From an uncultured Chloroflexia bacterium (lineage in GTDB: Bacteria; Chloroflexota; Chloroflexia; QHBQ01; JADMIH01): DNA of 64,000 bases. Below the pieces are notes generated by a model. That model had not been told where the DNA came from, ran no database searches, and saw nothing but the letters and a program-made list of their open reading frames with translations. Made by a program: the position numbers and the translations under genes. Below are positions 20,357 through 30,413 of the stretch, in pieces. The stretch lies in assembly GCA_963797095.1 (NCBI GenBank), contig CAWCNY010000004.1:224001-288000 (forward strand), written 5' to 3'. Numbering within the stretch: the stretch's first letter is position 1; every line of letters begins with the position of its first letter.

Positions 20357-21541
20357 ATGAATCCGTATGAAGTGTTGGGAGTAGCACGCGATGCGTCGTT
20401 GACCGAGATCGAGGACGCGTACGACGCGCTGTTTGATGAATATGAGCCGCTTGCGCAGGATGGAGACGCAGCGGCTATTGGCATGCTCAATGACCTCAAC
20501 GCGGCCCGTGACATGCTGGTTGACCCCAGGCGGCGTGCCCAGGTGGATGCCGGGTTGGCACGGCCTGCGCCAAAGCCTCAAAAGCAGGTCACGCCGGCCC
20601 CGACAGCGAGGCCCAAGCCACCGGCACCTAAGCCCCAGGTGAAAAGTAGTGCACAGGAACAGCGCGCACAGGGAGGGCAACGCAGCGACGCTCAAGGAAG
20701 GGCAGGCGCGGGCACGCCGATCAAGACGCGCAGGCGCGCCTCTTATGTTGTCCCTATGGAAGCGCCTCGGCGAAACTGGCTGACATACCTCCCATATTTC
20801 GCTGTTATCGTTGTACTGGGATTTGCAATAGCGGTGGGCGCATCGTTTCTCGCTAACAAAGGCAGTTGCGTCCCTGATGATCTGCCAACGGGCCCGACAG
20901 TGGCAACGGTCAATGGAGCGCCGATCTATCAACGCGACCTCGATGAGCGGGAGGCGATAGATAAGAGCGGCGCTTTGAGTGACCCGCTATTCTCGTCGTT
21001 CTTCGACCCCAATACGATCACGGGAACACGCGCGCTCGATTCGCTCAAGTTCAACTCGCTGGACAAGCTGATCAATATGGAGATTATCAAGCAGCAAGCC
21101 CAGAAGGAGGGAATCTGGCCGACGGGTGACCAGGAGACGACATTAGTGCAACAGGCAGCAGCGGCAGATGAGCAAGCGGGCGAGACTTACGAGCAAATGC
21201 TTTGCCGGATCCAGGTGAGTGATGCCAAGTACCGGCGCACAGTGATCGAGAATGTGATCTACACGGTGATGGCGAGCGAGCACATGCCCACAGATGGCAC
21301 TGATGATGAGCGCACCGACGGTTTTATCAAGTGGATTTGCGATACGCGGCAAGACTACAACGTAAATATCATGATGACGTTTATCGTTACCAACAATCCA
21401 TCGTGCACCAGCGGCTTGCCGTCGGACCTGCCGCTGCCGGGCCTGGGCCAGACGCCTGTGCCTGAACCTGAGGCAACCGGCGAGGTGCCCGCCCAGCCAG
21501 CGGCGACGCCACCCGCACCCGAGGAAACTGTTGAACCCTGA
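20357..21541 (+). CDS. J-like domain (no HPD) + TM + SurA/PrsA N-terminal-like domain protein
   Basis: NPYEVLGV..DAS..EI..AY...LN.A..L.DP.RRA; TM at about aa 146-165; VATVNGAPI...LDKLINMEIIKQQAQKEGI. Confidence 0.75.
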   Translation: MNPYEVLGVARDASLTEIEDAYDALFDEYEPLAQDGDAAAIGMLNDLNAARDMLVDPRRRAQVDAGLARPAPKPQKQVTPAPTARPKPPAPKPQVKSSAQEQRAQGGQRSDAQGRAGAGTPIKTRRRASYVVPMEAPRRNWLTYLPYFAVIVVLGFAIAVGASFLANKGSCVPDDLPTGPTVATVNGAPIYQRDLDEREAIDKSGALSDPLFSSFFDPNTITGTRALDSLKFNSLDKLINMEIIKQQAQKEGIWPTGDQETTLVQQAAAADEQAGETYEQMLCRIQVSDAKYRRTVIENVIYTVMASEHMPTDGTDDERTDGFIKWICDTRQDYNVNIMMTFIVTNNPSCTSGLPSDLPLPGLGQTPVPEPEATGEVPAQPAATPPAPEETVEP

Positions 21542-22340
21542 TGAGTTGATTGATCTGCAAACTGCTGCCGAGCAGGCGGCGAAAGTTGCGGGTGCAATCG
21601 CGCTTGAGGGGTACCGGGGCGTACTTGAGGTGACTTCCAAGGGCGGGACCGATATTGTAACGCAGTATGACCATGCAGCCGAGGAGGGTGCCCTTGGGGT
21701 GCTTCGCCAGCGATACCCGGACCATTCCTTCCTGGCTGAGGAGAGCGGGGCTTCGGGCGCGGAGGATGGCGAGCGTCAACTTTTCTGGATGGTGGACCCC
21801 ATCGACGGAACACATAACTATGCGAACCAGATTCCTTTCTGGTGTGTATCGGTGGCGGTAGCTGACAAGAAGACGGGGATCGTACTTGCCGGGGCTACCT
21901 TTGACCCGCTGCATGATGAGATGTTTTCGGCGCGGCGTGGAGCGGGAGCCACTCTCAACGGGGGACCGATCAGGACGGCGACCAAGAGCGACATCAGGCA
22001 GGCTATCGTTGGATATGACATCGGACACCACCCGGATATTTCTGCCCGAATGGTGAAGCTGGTGGCCTGGGTGCAGCCACGGGTCGCGAAGGTTCGACAT
22101 TTAGGGTCCGCCGCGCTTTCGCTGACCTATGTGGCGGCGGGCAGGCTGGATGCTTATTACCATCTCAGCCTTCAGCCGTGGGACATCGCGGCGGCCCTGC
22201 TCTTGATCGACGAAGCAGGAGGGATCGTTACCGATTGGAATGGGGAGCGAAGACTGGCGGGGTCGGGGGGCGCGATTGCGGCAGGAGTGCGGCTCCATCC
22301 TGGGCTGCTGGCGCTGCTGAGAGGCGCGGGCAGAGATTAG
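21531..22340 (+). CDS. suhB: Inositol monophosphatase family protein
   Basis: DIVTQYD, AEESG, WMVDPIDGT, GSAAL..VAAGR, WDIAA. Confidence 0.9.
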   Translation: MNPDELIDLQTAAEQAAKVAGAIALEGYRGVLEVTSKGGTDIVTQYDHAAEEGALGVLRQRYPDHSFLAEESGASGAEDGERQLFWMVDPIDGTHNYANQIPFWCVSVAVADKKTGIVLAGATFDPLHDEMFSARRGAGATLNGGPIRTATKSDIRQAIVGYDIGHHPDISARMVKLVAWVQPRVAKVRHLGSAALSLTYVAAGRLDAYYHLSLQPWDIAAALLLIDEAGGIVTDWNGERRLAGSGGAIAAGVRLHPGLLALLRGAGRD

Positions 22341-22474
22341 GAATTGGCCCAGACGCGCAGAAGATGAGCGCGGGCCGCGCGGAAGGCGGGGCTTTTCCTG
22401 TATAATTGGAATGCCGCACGCAACGCTCCCGTGCGGCTCGATCTGTAATTCGGATTTTCCCAAAGGAGGATAGG

Positions 22475-23974
22475 ATGAAACGATTAAGAGTATTCTCGGT
22501 ATTGGCGGCCATGCTTTTGTTGGTGTCGCTGGTGCTGTCGGCATGCGGCGACGAAGCTGCAACTGCCACGCCAGTACCACCGACTGACACGCCCAAGCCT
22601 GCCGCTACGGCGACAACTGAGGCTTTACCAACAGCAACAACCGTGACAGCAGCCGCGACTGCTACGCGTGCGGCAGCTGCTCCTACGTCTACCACCGGGG
22701 CAAGTGGTGGAACTGAGGCCAGCGGCGCTGAAGCTGACACCATCAAGGAGGTGCTGAGCGGGGCAGCGGACTATTCGAGCTATCACTTTGAAATCGAGGT
22801 AAAGCCCTCAGTCTACGTGACACAACCCGTACAAGCCGAAGGCGACTACGAAGCTCCAAACCTGGTGTATATCAAGGGCACAATTGGCGGCCAGGCCTTT
22901 GAGAACATCGCCATAGGTGATACGGTGTTTGAGAAGAATGCAAGCGGCGAGTGGGTCAAGAAGGAGGAAACGACTAACGCCAGCGACCCCACGGCGATGT
23001 TCGATCCTGAGAGTATAGTTTCAAGCGGCAACCCGCTGGCAAACCTGGGAGACCTGACCACCGCGATTTCGGCCTACAAAGATGCAGGCAACGTCCAGAT
23101 GGGAGGCACTACGGTCAAGCACTACACGTTCGACTTCGACCTTGGGGCTATGGCCTCCAGTGAGGGCATGCAGGGCATGGACGTGAGCGGTCTGGACCTC
23201 GGAGATGGCGGCTTCTACATCGATACAAATAACAAGCTCCTTTATGGCATCGACTACAATCTGAACCTGTCGGCCATCTTTGAGCTTATGGCACGGGCGT
23301 TTTCAGCCCTGGGAGGCACACCTACTCCGGGTGGAGTGGCACCAACTCCAATACCGAGGCTGGATGTGGACCTTGAAATGAGGGTCACCAAGCAGAACGA
23401 CCCATCGATCAAGGTGCCTGTAACAGACGAGATGCGCCAGATGGCATCGGAGGAACCTACATCGGAGCCGTTTGTCGAGGACACACCGGAGGCGATGGAC
23501 ACACCCGAGGAAGGAGAAACCCCGGAGGCGGTGCCCACGTTTGAAGGGCTGCCGCACGGCGACGGACAAGTGCACGAGGGTAAGCTAGGCGAGCCGGTGG
23601 ATGTCGGGTGGTCGAGGTTTACGCTGGACAGCGTGCAGCGCGGGGCCGAAGGGGTGATCGCGCCGGACGCCGGCAAGGAATACATCATCATCAATGTCAC
23701 TATCGAAAACGTGTCTGCGGACGACCCTCAGACGGTGTCAAGTGCGTTGATGTTGAAGCTGAAGGACTCGACGGGGCAGGAAATCGACCAGACGTTCATG
23801 GCTAACTATACAAACCAGCTAGATAGCCAGGACACCGAACTTGCCAAGGGCGAGAAGGTCAGCGGCGAGGTTGCGTATGAAGTGGACGACGGCCAGACTG
23901 GGCTCACGCTTGAGTTCTACCCGTACCCCTTCTTTGATGAGACTACGCTGGCGAAGGTAAGTCTGGACCAGTAG
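22475..23974 (+). CDS. Lipoprotein with LppX/LprAFG-like domain and C-terminal DUF4352-like Ig domain
   Basis: AGGAGG RBS; lipobox LSAC; Thr/Ala/Pro linker; PDAGKEYIIINVTIEN...GEKVSGEVAYEV. Confidence 0.75.
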   Translation: MKRLRVFSVLAAMLLLVSLVLSACGDEAATATPVPPTDTPKPAATATTEALPTATTVTAAATATRAAAAPTSTTGASGGTEASGAEADTIKEVLSGAADYSSYHFEIEVKPSVYVTQPVQAEGDYEAPNLVYIKGTIGGQAFENIAIGDTVFEKNASGEWVKKEETTNASDPTAMFDPESIVSSGNPLANLGDLTTAISAYKDAGNVQMGGTTVKHYTFDFDLGAMASSEGMQGMDVSGLDLGDGGFYIDTNNKLLYGIDYNLNLSAIFELMARAFSALGGTPTPGGVAPTPIPRLDVDLEMRVTKQNDPSIKVPVTDEMRQMASEEPTSEPFVEDTPEAMDTPEEGETPEAVPTFEGLPHGDGQVHEGKLGEPVDVGWSRFTLDSVQRGAEGVIAPDAGKEYIIINVTIENVSADDPQTVSSALMLKLKDSTGQEIDQTFMANYTNQLDSQDTELAKGEKVSGEVAYEVDDGQTGLTLEFYPYPFFDETTLAKVSLDQ

Positions 23975-23986
23975 TAGATAGTACGA

Positions 23987-24035
23987 ATCAGACAGAGAGA
24001 ATCTGCGGCCAGGCCGCAGATTCTCTCTGTCTGAT
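23987..24035. terminator. Long perfect hairpin between convergent genes
   Basis: ATCAGACAGAGAGAATCTGCGGCC-a-GGCCGCAGATTCTCTCTGTCTGAT. Confidence 0.8.
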
Positions 24036-24044
24036 ATCCGGTGG

Positions 24045-24884
24045 CTACGCAAGGCGCAGAAGACGCGCGGCGTTGCCACCTAGAACGGCCTCAAGCTCTT
24101 CTGGAAGGAGGCCGGATAGTCGAATCCGATCCAGCATTTTGGCCTGGGAGAGGAGCGGGTAGTCGGTGCCCCAGAGGATGCGGTCGGCACCCACGATGCG
24201 GGCCGCGACCGGGAAAACGTCGAAGCGATACAGGTAGGTGGACGCTGCGGAGTCGTAGTAGACGTTTAGGAGGATTTCGTGCAGCTCCGGCATCAGGTCG
24301 TAAAAGGGAAGGCCGCCACCCCAATGTGCCATGACTATTTTGAGGTCGGGGAAGTTGCGGGCCAGGCTTATGAGTTTCTTGGGGAAGGTCTGGCCTTTGC
24401 CGGGGTAGGAGTGGCCGACCGGTTCGCTGGCGTGGGTAAGGAGGGGCCTGTCGTAGTGTTGGAGCACCTCGGCTGAGGCCTGAAGGATGCGCTTGTCCTC
24501 GATGTCGAAACGCTGGCCGTCGGGGCCCAGCTCACCCAGGCCCATGAGGCCGGCGTCGAGGCAGCGGGCAAGCTCCTGGGCGTCTCGGGCATCGAGGGGC
24601 TGGACGCAGGCGAAGCCTAGCAGCTTATCGGGATAGCGGCGAATCGCATCGATCAAGTAGTCGTTGTTCCAGGCGCATAATTTTCCGTCGCGCCAGGGGA
24701 AACCGAAAACCACGGTGCGGTCAACCCCGGCTGCTTGCATCGAGCGGATCACATCCTCGGCAGAGGCGAGTTTGTGCCTGGGGTTTTCGTAGAGCGTGCC
24801 GAACCAGGCGTCGCGCTCAAGATATTCGGCACGCGAGTCACGGACTTCGTCCGGGAAAATATGGGTGTGGAAGTCGATGATCAT
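24045..24884 (-). CDS. Amidohydrolase_2 family metal-dependent hydrolase
   Basis: IIDFHTH, GLGE, AHWGGG, VYYDSA, ILWGTDYP. Confidence 0.9.
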   Translation of the reverse strand: MIIDFHTHIFPDEVRDSRAEYLERDAWFGTLYENPRHKLASAEDVIRSMQAAGVDRTVVFGFPWRDGKLCAWNNDYLIDAIRRYPDKLLGFACVQPLDARDAQELARCLDAGLMGLGELGPDGQRFDIEDKRILQASAEVLQHYDRPLLTHASEPVGHSYPGKGQTFPKKLISLARNFPDLKIVMAHWGGGLPFYDLMPELHEILLNVYYDSAASTYLYRFDVFPVAARIVGADRILWGTDYPLLSQAKMLDRIRLSGLLPEELEAVLGGNAARLLRLA

Positions 24885-25001
24885 GGGGCGGAGGAGTGTG
24901 TCCGGTAGTTGACAGGGGCTTTGGGTCGTGGGCGATGTGTGCATTTTACGTTGTTGTGGGTGCGATGTCCAATGCAGTGATTACTCCCCACGGCTAAAGC
25001 C

Positions 25002-25792
25002 CTGTTCGTTACACACATTTATCAAGGGGGAGAGTGAAGGTGAGAGTTTAAATGAACACCTTGCATGATAGTTTGGACATAAATCCAACCTCGCCATAAG
25101 GTCTTCCAGCCGGGTGGGCCATCTCTACGCCTGCCTTGATGTCCACCTGGTTTGGCTACCTCTTTCCAGAACCTGCCAACTGTCAACCTCTCGATCTCTT
25201 CAGGCTCCATTTCCGCCAGTGCTCCTACCACTTGTACCAGTTCCACTGGTTGTACCAGTTCCCCTGGCAGTTCTTCTGATGCTAACCGCTCCGGCTCTAA
25301 CCGTGCTATCTCCCGCAACTGCAACAGCCTCATCGCTATCGGAGCACACAATCCCAGCAGCCGCTTCAGTGCTTGCCCACTGTGCAACTGCCTCTGCAGT
25401 AGAGTTTGCACCAGCATGCCCCGACCATGGCCCTCACCAATGGGTCCGAGGCCCGAAACAAATGGATCTGAGTGGTAATGAGCATAACGCGAATAGTCAA
25501 GTTCAGTTGTATCCTGTACCAGCAGTACCAATGGTTGGCGCAAAGCAGCAGAAAGGGTTAGACGGCAATGTATGTCGATCAAGGCGGCATGGGGCACATC
25601 TGGTTCGGACAACAGTCGATATGCAGCCACCAGATGTTTACGTCGACGCATCTGTTCGGGTAGTGAAGCGCTGGGCTTGCTAATCATACGGGCAGCAACA
25701 GACACTGCTCTCCACGTGCGCCGCTTATCACCCAATATCGCTTAGCCAAAGGTTCGCTCGGCCCAATCTTGCGGGTTGAGAAACTTGATCAT
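25002..25792 (-). pseudogene. IS4 family (IS50/Tn5-like) transposase pseudogene with one terminal IR
   Basis: WAERTFG*AILGDKRR with in-frame stop at about 25743, QDTTELDY, GGHQGRRRDGPPGWKTLWRG; DDE core deleted; CTGTTCGTTACACACATTT (25002-25020) matches the Tn5 mosaic end at 14/19. Confidence 0.85.
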
Positions 25793-25803
25793 GTTAGCTT
25801 GAA

Positions 25804-26045
25804 TTACATCTTGGAAAGCGCCAATCTGTCGTTGTGCAGGGAACACCACAACTGGGGATAGGTGAAGCTATCATACCTGTCATAAGCTCGGAACCGAGGG
25901 AAGCCCGCTTTGTTGCCACGCTTCACACGTACGTAGAACGCCTTGAAAGCCTTGTCTACTCGGCGCAGTACATCCTGCAACGTCTGGCTGTACATGTCCG
26001 CAAGGTCCGGTCGGACTTGTTTACATCCTACAAGGGCATTGGCCT
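25804..26045 (-). pseudogene. tnpB: TnpB N-terminal fragment
   Basis: SQTLQDVLRRVDKAFKAF..RVK.G.K.GFPRF....YDSFTYPQ. Confidence 0.85.
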
Positions 26046-26304
26046 GGTGAGTGTGGTCTAAGGTGAGTGTGGTCTAAAGAGAAAGCCCTCTCAGTGGTGG
26101 CGTACTTTGCTTAGGAGCACGGCTTTCCCACTTCGAGGGCATGAAAAACCGCCAACCGTATCACTCCTAAGCAAGCTAATCATAGCACAAAAGCAGGCTT
26201 TTAGCAACCTAGGCGCTAACCTACTGCGTAAAGGCGGCCGTATCCCTATGCCTGAAGGCAGGGGTCTTAGCCGCCATGAGAAGCCGATAAGAAGGGGCAA
26301 TAAG

Positions 26305-26332
26305 AAGGGCACCTCAGGTGGGTGCCCTTTTT
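26305..26332. terminator. Intrinsic terminator-like hairpin
   Basis: AAGGGCACC-tcaggtg-GGTGCCCTT-TTT. Confidence 0.6.
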
Positions 26333-26351
26333 GACAATTGGCGAGCAGCGA

Positions 26352-27086
26352 TCAAGCCCTGTTGACCGCCGTTTCGCTCACCTGCACTTGCGCTTTGGGA
26401 AGTGACACGCGAATACTTTGCAGGTAGCCTATGAACATTATTACCACACCGACGAAGATGCCTATGTTGTGATATTCGGGGTTGGTGAGGCCTGTTACAC
26501 CGAGGATGGTGCCGCCTGTAGCCGCTATTATCGTACCCAACGCAATGAGCACTACCCCGATCATTCGCTCCTTCATGATTCGCTTGCGCCAGAACACATA
26601 GGCCGACCACAACGCCCCACCCGCGACAATGACTGTGCCAAGACCGTTGCTGAGACCGGCCATAAGACGAGGTCCCGCATTATTTACCACCACCGCTCGC
26701 CAGCCGTTCACCTCTGACAGGGTGGGGGTGTCTAAGGGGACTGTGAAAACCAATATGGCTGCGACGACCGCAAATAGGCCCATGATCGCGAGGGCGATGT
26801 TGGCAACGCGGCGTGAAAATAGGAGGTAGATTGTGCCAATGCCAAGCAGCCCAACTACGAGAATGCCGCCCATCAGGTAGTAGAGCCTGGAAGCCAAATC
26901 GGTCCAGGTGCCTGCCAGTTCGGACCATACCTCACAAGCGGCGGCAATTGCGAATAGGGAGAACGATATGCCCCAGACGAGTTCATGGGGCCTGCGCTTG
27001 CCGCCAAAGTAGCGGTTCAATAGCACACTGGCGAAAACCGCGCCAATCAAGGTGACCGACAAGGGCAACAGTGTCAATGCTGGCAT
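26352..27086 (-). CDS. 7-TM hypothetical membrane protein
   Basis: Seven hydrophobic helices; GGGGA RBS. Confidence 0.8.
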   Translation of the reverse strand: MPALTLLPLSVTLIGAVFASVLLNRYFGGKRRPHELVWGISFSLFAIAAACEVWSELAGTWTDLASRLYYLMGGILVVGLLGIGTIYLLFSRRVANIALAIMGLFAVVAAILVFTVPLDTPTLSEVNGWRAVVVNNAGPRLMAGLSNGLGTVIVAGGALWSAYVFWRKRIMKERMIGVVLIALGTIIAATGGTILGVTGLTNPEYHNIGIFVGVVIMFIGYLQSIRVSLPKAQVQVSETAVNRA

Positions 27087-27239
27087 ACTCTATCCCCTAA
27101 TGTAGCTTGGATTTCAGAATTCGGATCCTGGATTCAGGGCTGAATTTTGAAGGCAGGAGCGATCAGATCGCTGAGACAGTTTACTACCTGATGGGAGGTG
27201 GAGGCAAGCGGCGCGGCGTTAAGAATGCATTAATTAAGC

Positions 27240-27382
27240 GAGGCATGGTCACAATTCATTTTTCGTGCGTGGAGAAGCAGCAACTTCACGTGGAAACAGC
27301 CCATTTCGGCTGCATTGGGCGGGCATGTGGCATATCTCCAGGCGTGCGACAAAAGCCCGATTCTGAATTATGACCACGCCTC
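27240..27382. mobile_element. 143-bp MITE (family B) with 19-bp TIRs and 8-bp target-site duplication
   Basis: GAGGCATGGTCACAATTCA ... TGAATTATGACCACGCCTC (17/19) flanked by AATTAAGC at 27232-27239 and 27383-27390. Confidence 0.85.
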
Positions 27383-27399
27383 AATTAAGCCCCGCTTAT

Positions 27400-27428
27400 T
27401 TGACATGAGAGCGCCTTTCCGTTATAGT
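27400..27428 (+). promoter_or_regulatory. Sigma-70 promoter
   Basis: TTGACA-17bp-TATAGT. Confidence 0.75.
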
Positions 27429-27471
27429 TTTATATTGTCCTGAATCTTATTGGACGCAGGAGAACCGATTC

Positions 27472-29823
27472 TTGAAGAACCTTTTGGGTCGATTAATGAG
27501 CAGGCCGTTCGAAGAGTTGCGGTCGATAGCAGCCACGTGGGGCACCCTTACACGTGACGCCAATCCATCGCAGAACGACCTGGCAATCGCGGCATACCAC
27601 ACAATGGTTGACCCTTCTGCAATGCGGGCGATCTGGGAAAGCCTCGATTTGGAAGACCGCGCATTTCTTTCGTGGCTTATCAACCAGCGCAATATGCTGT
27701 CGATTGTAGATGATTTGCCTGGATTGATCGACAGGCCACCCGACGAAACAGCCGCGCTTCTTGAGCGCCTGCGCAGGATAGGGTTGGTAGACGTAGATGA
27801 GGTGATGGTAAGGGGAAGTAGGGTGGTTTCGTCCGGCGATAATCTTTACGCATGGGCGGCACGGAACAACAGCGAAGCGGTGCCTCGGAGGGTGGTGTCG
27901 ATTGCTACCGAGGCAGCGAAAGTTCTGCGCGAGGTTCTTGAGGAAAGCAAACGTAGCGCGCCATTTGATGAGCCATTCCACGCCCTTCTTGAGAACCACG
28001 AACAGATTGAGATCCAGCGAATCGCCTCGACGTGGAAATTGCCGGAAGCTACGCGATACTACAAGTCGGAATTGATCGGCATCATGAGCGAGTTCCTCGC
28101 AACAGGGCAAGGGAAAACGATCCTCCTGAATTCGCTGTCGCCTGCCGCGCAGAGTTTATTTGCGTATCTTGAGGCGGAAGGTGGCAAGGCTTCGGCAGGG
28201 GCAATAAAGACGCACTTCGGGTGGGGCGAGCGCGAATTGAGAGCAGCATCGCTTGGATTGATCCAGCGGGCGTTGGTGTGGGACGTGCTGGACAGTGATA
28301 AGCGATTTCTATTCATCCCGCGTGATATGCTAAAGGGCGGCCTGTCGGGAGGAGCAAGGATCCCGGCTTACGCACAGCCCAAGCTCGATGCGCCCGCGCC
28401 GTACGCGATCCTCAGCCGTTATCCTTATGAGATGGCCTGGGACCTGCTGACCCTACTGGCGGAAGCCTCGCACACCGACCTGCAACTGACATTACAGGAT
28501 ACACGCCTAACCAAGCGGGTGGCGAAGAAGATCAATGAGAGCTTCTTGCAACCTGAGGATATGAAGACCGGCAGTACCAGCGAATATGTTGATGTGGTGG
28601 TGCATATGGCGCAGGTGCTCGGTCTGCTGATTGAGCGTGAGTCGGACCAACCGGCGCTGGCGCTGTCTTCCAGATCGGAAGAATGGGCCAATTACACATT
28701 GGACGCACAGAGGCGGAGGTTGTTTGCGCTGTGGCTGGAGGATCGCAAATGGAGCGAACCGGCGACATACGGAACAATCTACTGGTGGAACAGCGACCTT
28801 ACAGGGGCACGCAAGCGACTTGTAAAGCACCTGCTTGAACTGCCCGCTATGAAGTGGATATCGCTTGAAGGCTTCCTGAAGTCGATCCACCTGACAGAGC
28901 CCTTCATTATCTGGGGACAGGAAGAGCTGGTGCGGCGTTACGGACTGCGCGCATTACAGGGTTTCAGAAACCAATGGTACGATATCGAAGGCAGGATCGT
29001 GGCCGATATGATCCGCACTATGCTGCACTGGCTCGGGGTAGTGGACCTGGGGCGGGACAAGCAGAAGCGCTTCCTTTCTTTCAGGCTAACGGAGTCGGCG
29101 CGGTCGCTGCTTGACCCTGAACACGAACGAAGTGATGGGAACGGCGTGCGCGAAGTTGCCTCTTCGATCCTGGTACAGCCCAACTTCGAGGTGCTGGTGC
29201 TACACCCTGACAGCAGGGTATTGTGGACGCTGGTGCGGATGGCCGACCTGGTCAGGCACGACCGGGTTAGCGTTTACAATATCAACAAGGAAAGCGTGCT
29301 ACGCGCAGTGGAAGGGGGACTGGAAGCGTCGAAGATTGTGGACTTCCTGGTGGCTAACACCGACAAGCAGCTACCTCAGAATGTTGCGCAGTCAATAAGC
29401 GATTGGGCGCGGCTGATCAAACATGCACACGTGCGTAAGGTCACTCTCATTGAGGTTGATGAGCCATCGGTGATGGACGAGATGCTGGCCGGGCGCAAAA
29501 CCCGCAAGTTTATCCTGCGGAGACTTTCGCCGACGGTGGCGCTGGCTGCGCTGCCCGACCTGGGCGACACGGCGAGGGACGATCCGTGGCAGAGGCTGGT
29601 CAAGGACCTGCGGGCGGCAGGCTACGTTCCTCATTTCACCAGCGAGCTGGTGCCGGAAGAGCTACCACATCACAGGGAGAACGCCAACGGCAGCAGGCCG
29701 GATGCGAGCCCTACGTCTCCTAATGTCTTCGGAACAGCGGGAACGCATAGTAGCGAGACCGATGACGGGCGGACCGGCAGCACAACGAGGCGGCGGAGAA
29801 GCTCGTCGCGCAATTCGGCGTAG
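27472..29823 (+). CDS. Helicase-associated domain protein (XPB/Ssl2 N-terminal, Helicase_C_3-like)
   Basis: ILVQPNFEV...YNINKESVLRAVEGG...LPQNVAQSISDW; no Walker motifs; AGGAG RBS and TTG start. Confidence 0.8.
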   Translation: MKNLLGRLMSRPFEELRSIAATWGTLTRDANPSQNDLAIAAYHTMVDPSAMRAIWESLDLEDRAFLSWLINQRNMLSIVDDLPGLIDRPPDETAALLERLRRIGLVDVDEVMVRGSRVVSSGDNLYAWAARNNSEAVPRRVVSIATEAAKVLREVLEESKRSAPFDEPFHALLENHEQIEIQRIASTWKLPEATRYYKSELIGIMSEFLATGQGKTILLNSLSPAAQSLFAYLEAEGGKASAGAIKTHFGWGERELRAASLGLIQRALVWDVLDSDKRFLFIPRDMLKGGLSGGARIPAYAQPKLDAPAPYAILSRYPYEMAWDLLTLLAEASHTDLQLTLQDTRLTKRVAKKINESFLQPEDMKTGSTSEYVDVVVHMAQVLGLLIERESDQPALALSSRSEEWANYTLDAQRRRLFALWLEDRKWSEPATYGTIYWWNSDLTGARKRLVKHLLELPAMKWISLEGFLKSIHLTEPFIIWGQEELVRRYGLRALQGFRNQWYDIEGRIVADMIRTMLHWLGVVDLGRDKQKRFLSFRLTESARSLLDPEHERSDGNGVREVASSILVQPNFEVLVLHPDSRVLWTLVRMADLVRHDRVSVYNINKESVLRAVEGGLEASKIVDFLVANTDKQLPQNVAQSISDWARLIKHAHVRKVTLIEVDEPSVMDEMLAGRKTRKFILRRLSPTVALAALPDLGDTARDDPWQRLVKDLRAAGYVPHFTSELVPEELPHHRENANGSRPDASPTSPNVFGTAGTHSSETDDGRTGSTTRRRRSSSRNSA

Positions 29824-29834
29824 AGAGGGCAGGG

Positions 29835-30413
29835 ATGATCGCAGGTCTGGAAGGGGTTGTCTCCTCTATTGGAGCCGACCATGTCGTGCTGAACGTGTCG
29901 GGCGTGTATTACCGCGTGTTTATGCCGGGCACCGCTGTTGCCGAGGTTGGCAGGGTGGGTGAGACGGCACGAGTGCACACGTTCCTTTATGTGCGAGAGG
30001 ACCAGTTGGCCCTCTATGGAACACCTGACGAGCGTGGGATCAAGATGTTCGAGACGCTGCTGGGAGTGAGCGGGATCGGTCCGAAGGTGGCGCTATCGAT
30101 TCTGGGCACAATGCCTGTTGAGGCGCTGGAAAACGCCATCAGCGCGGGAAATGTAGATTTGCTTACGCGGATCCCAGGAATAGGGCGCAAGACCGCTTCG
30201 CGACTCGTACTGGAATTGAAAGGAAAACTGGACATCATGGCCGCGATCGGGATTACGGCCACACCCAGCGCGGCCAGCGAAGTGGTGGAAGCCCTGACCG
30301 GCTTGGGCTATAGCCCCGCAGAGATTCAGGCCTCGCTTTCGGACCTGTCAAAGGGCGTCGAGTATACGACCGAAGAGATGGTCCTGCACGCGCTGAAGCG
30401 GCTAGGCAGGTGA
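29835..30413 (+). CDS. ruvA: Holliday junction branch migration protein RuvA
   Basis: MIAGLEG, VREDQLALYG, VSGIGPK.AL, IPGIGRKTA.R..LELK, ALTGLGY. Confidence 0.95.
   Translation: MIAGLEGVVSSIGADHVVLNVSGVYYRVFMPGTAVAEVGRVGETARVHTFLYVREDQLALYGTPDERGIKMFETLLGVSGIGPKVALSILGTMPVEALENAISAGNVDLLTRIPGIGRKTASRLVLELKGKLDIMAAIGITATPSAASEVVEALTGLGYSPAEIQASLSDLSKGVEYTTEEMVLHALKRLGR

Larger units (their letters stand above)
24977..26275 (-). mobile_element. IS200/IS605-family (tnpB-only) remnant interrupted by an IS4 element
   Basis: Right end GGGCTTTAGCCGTGGGGAGTAATCAC (minus strand, 24977-25002); left-end hairpin TATCCCTATGCCTGAAGGCAGGGG at 26241-26264; tnpB fragment. Confidence 0.75.

Noticed and set aside
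27230-27390. Rod-shaped fold suggestive of 6S RNA
   Set aside because: No 6S central-bubble consensus recognised; the exact 8-bp flanking duplication fits a MITE better
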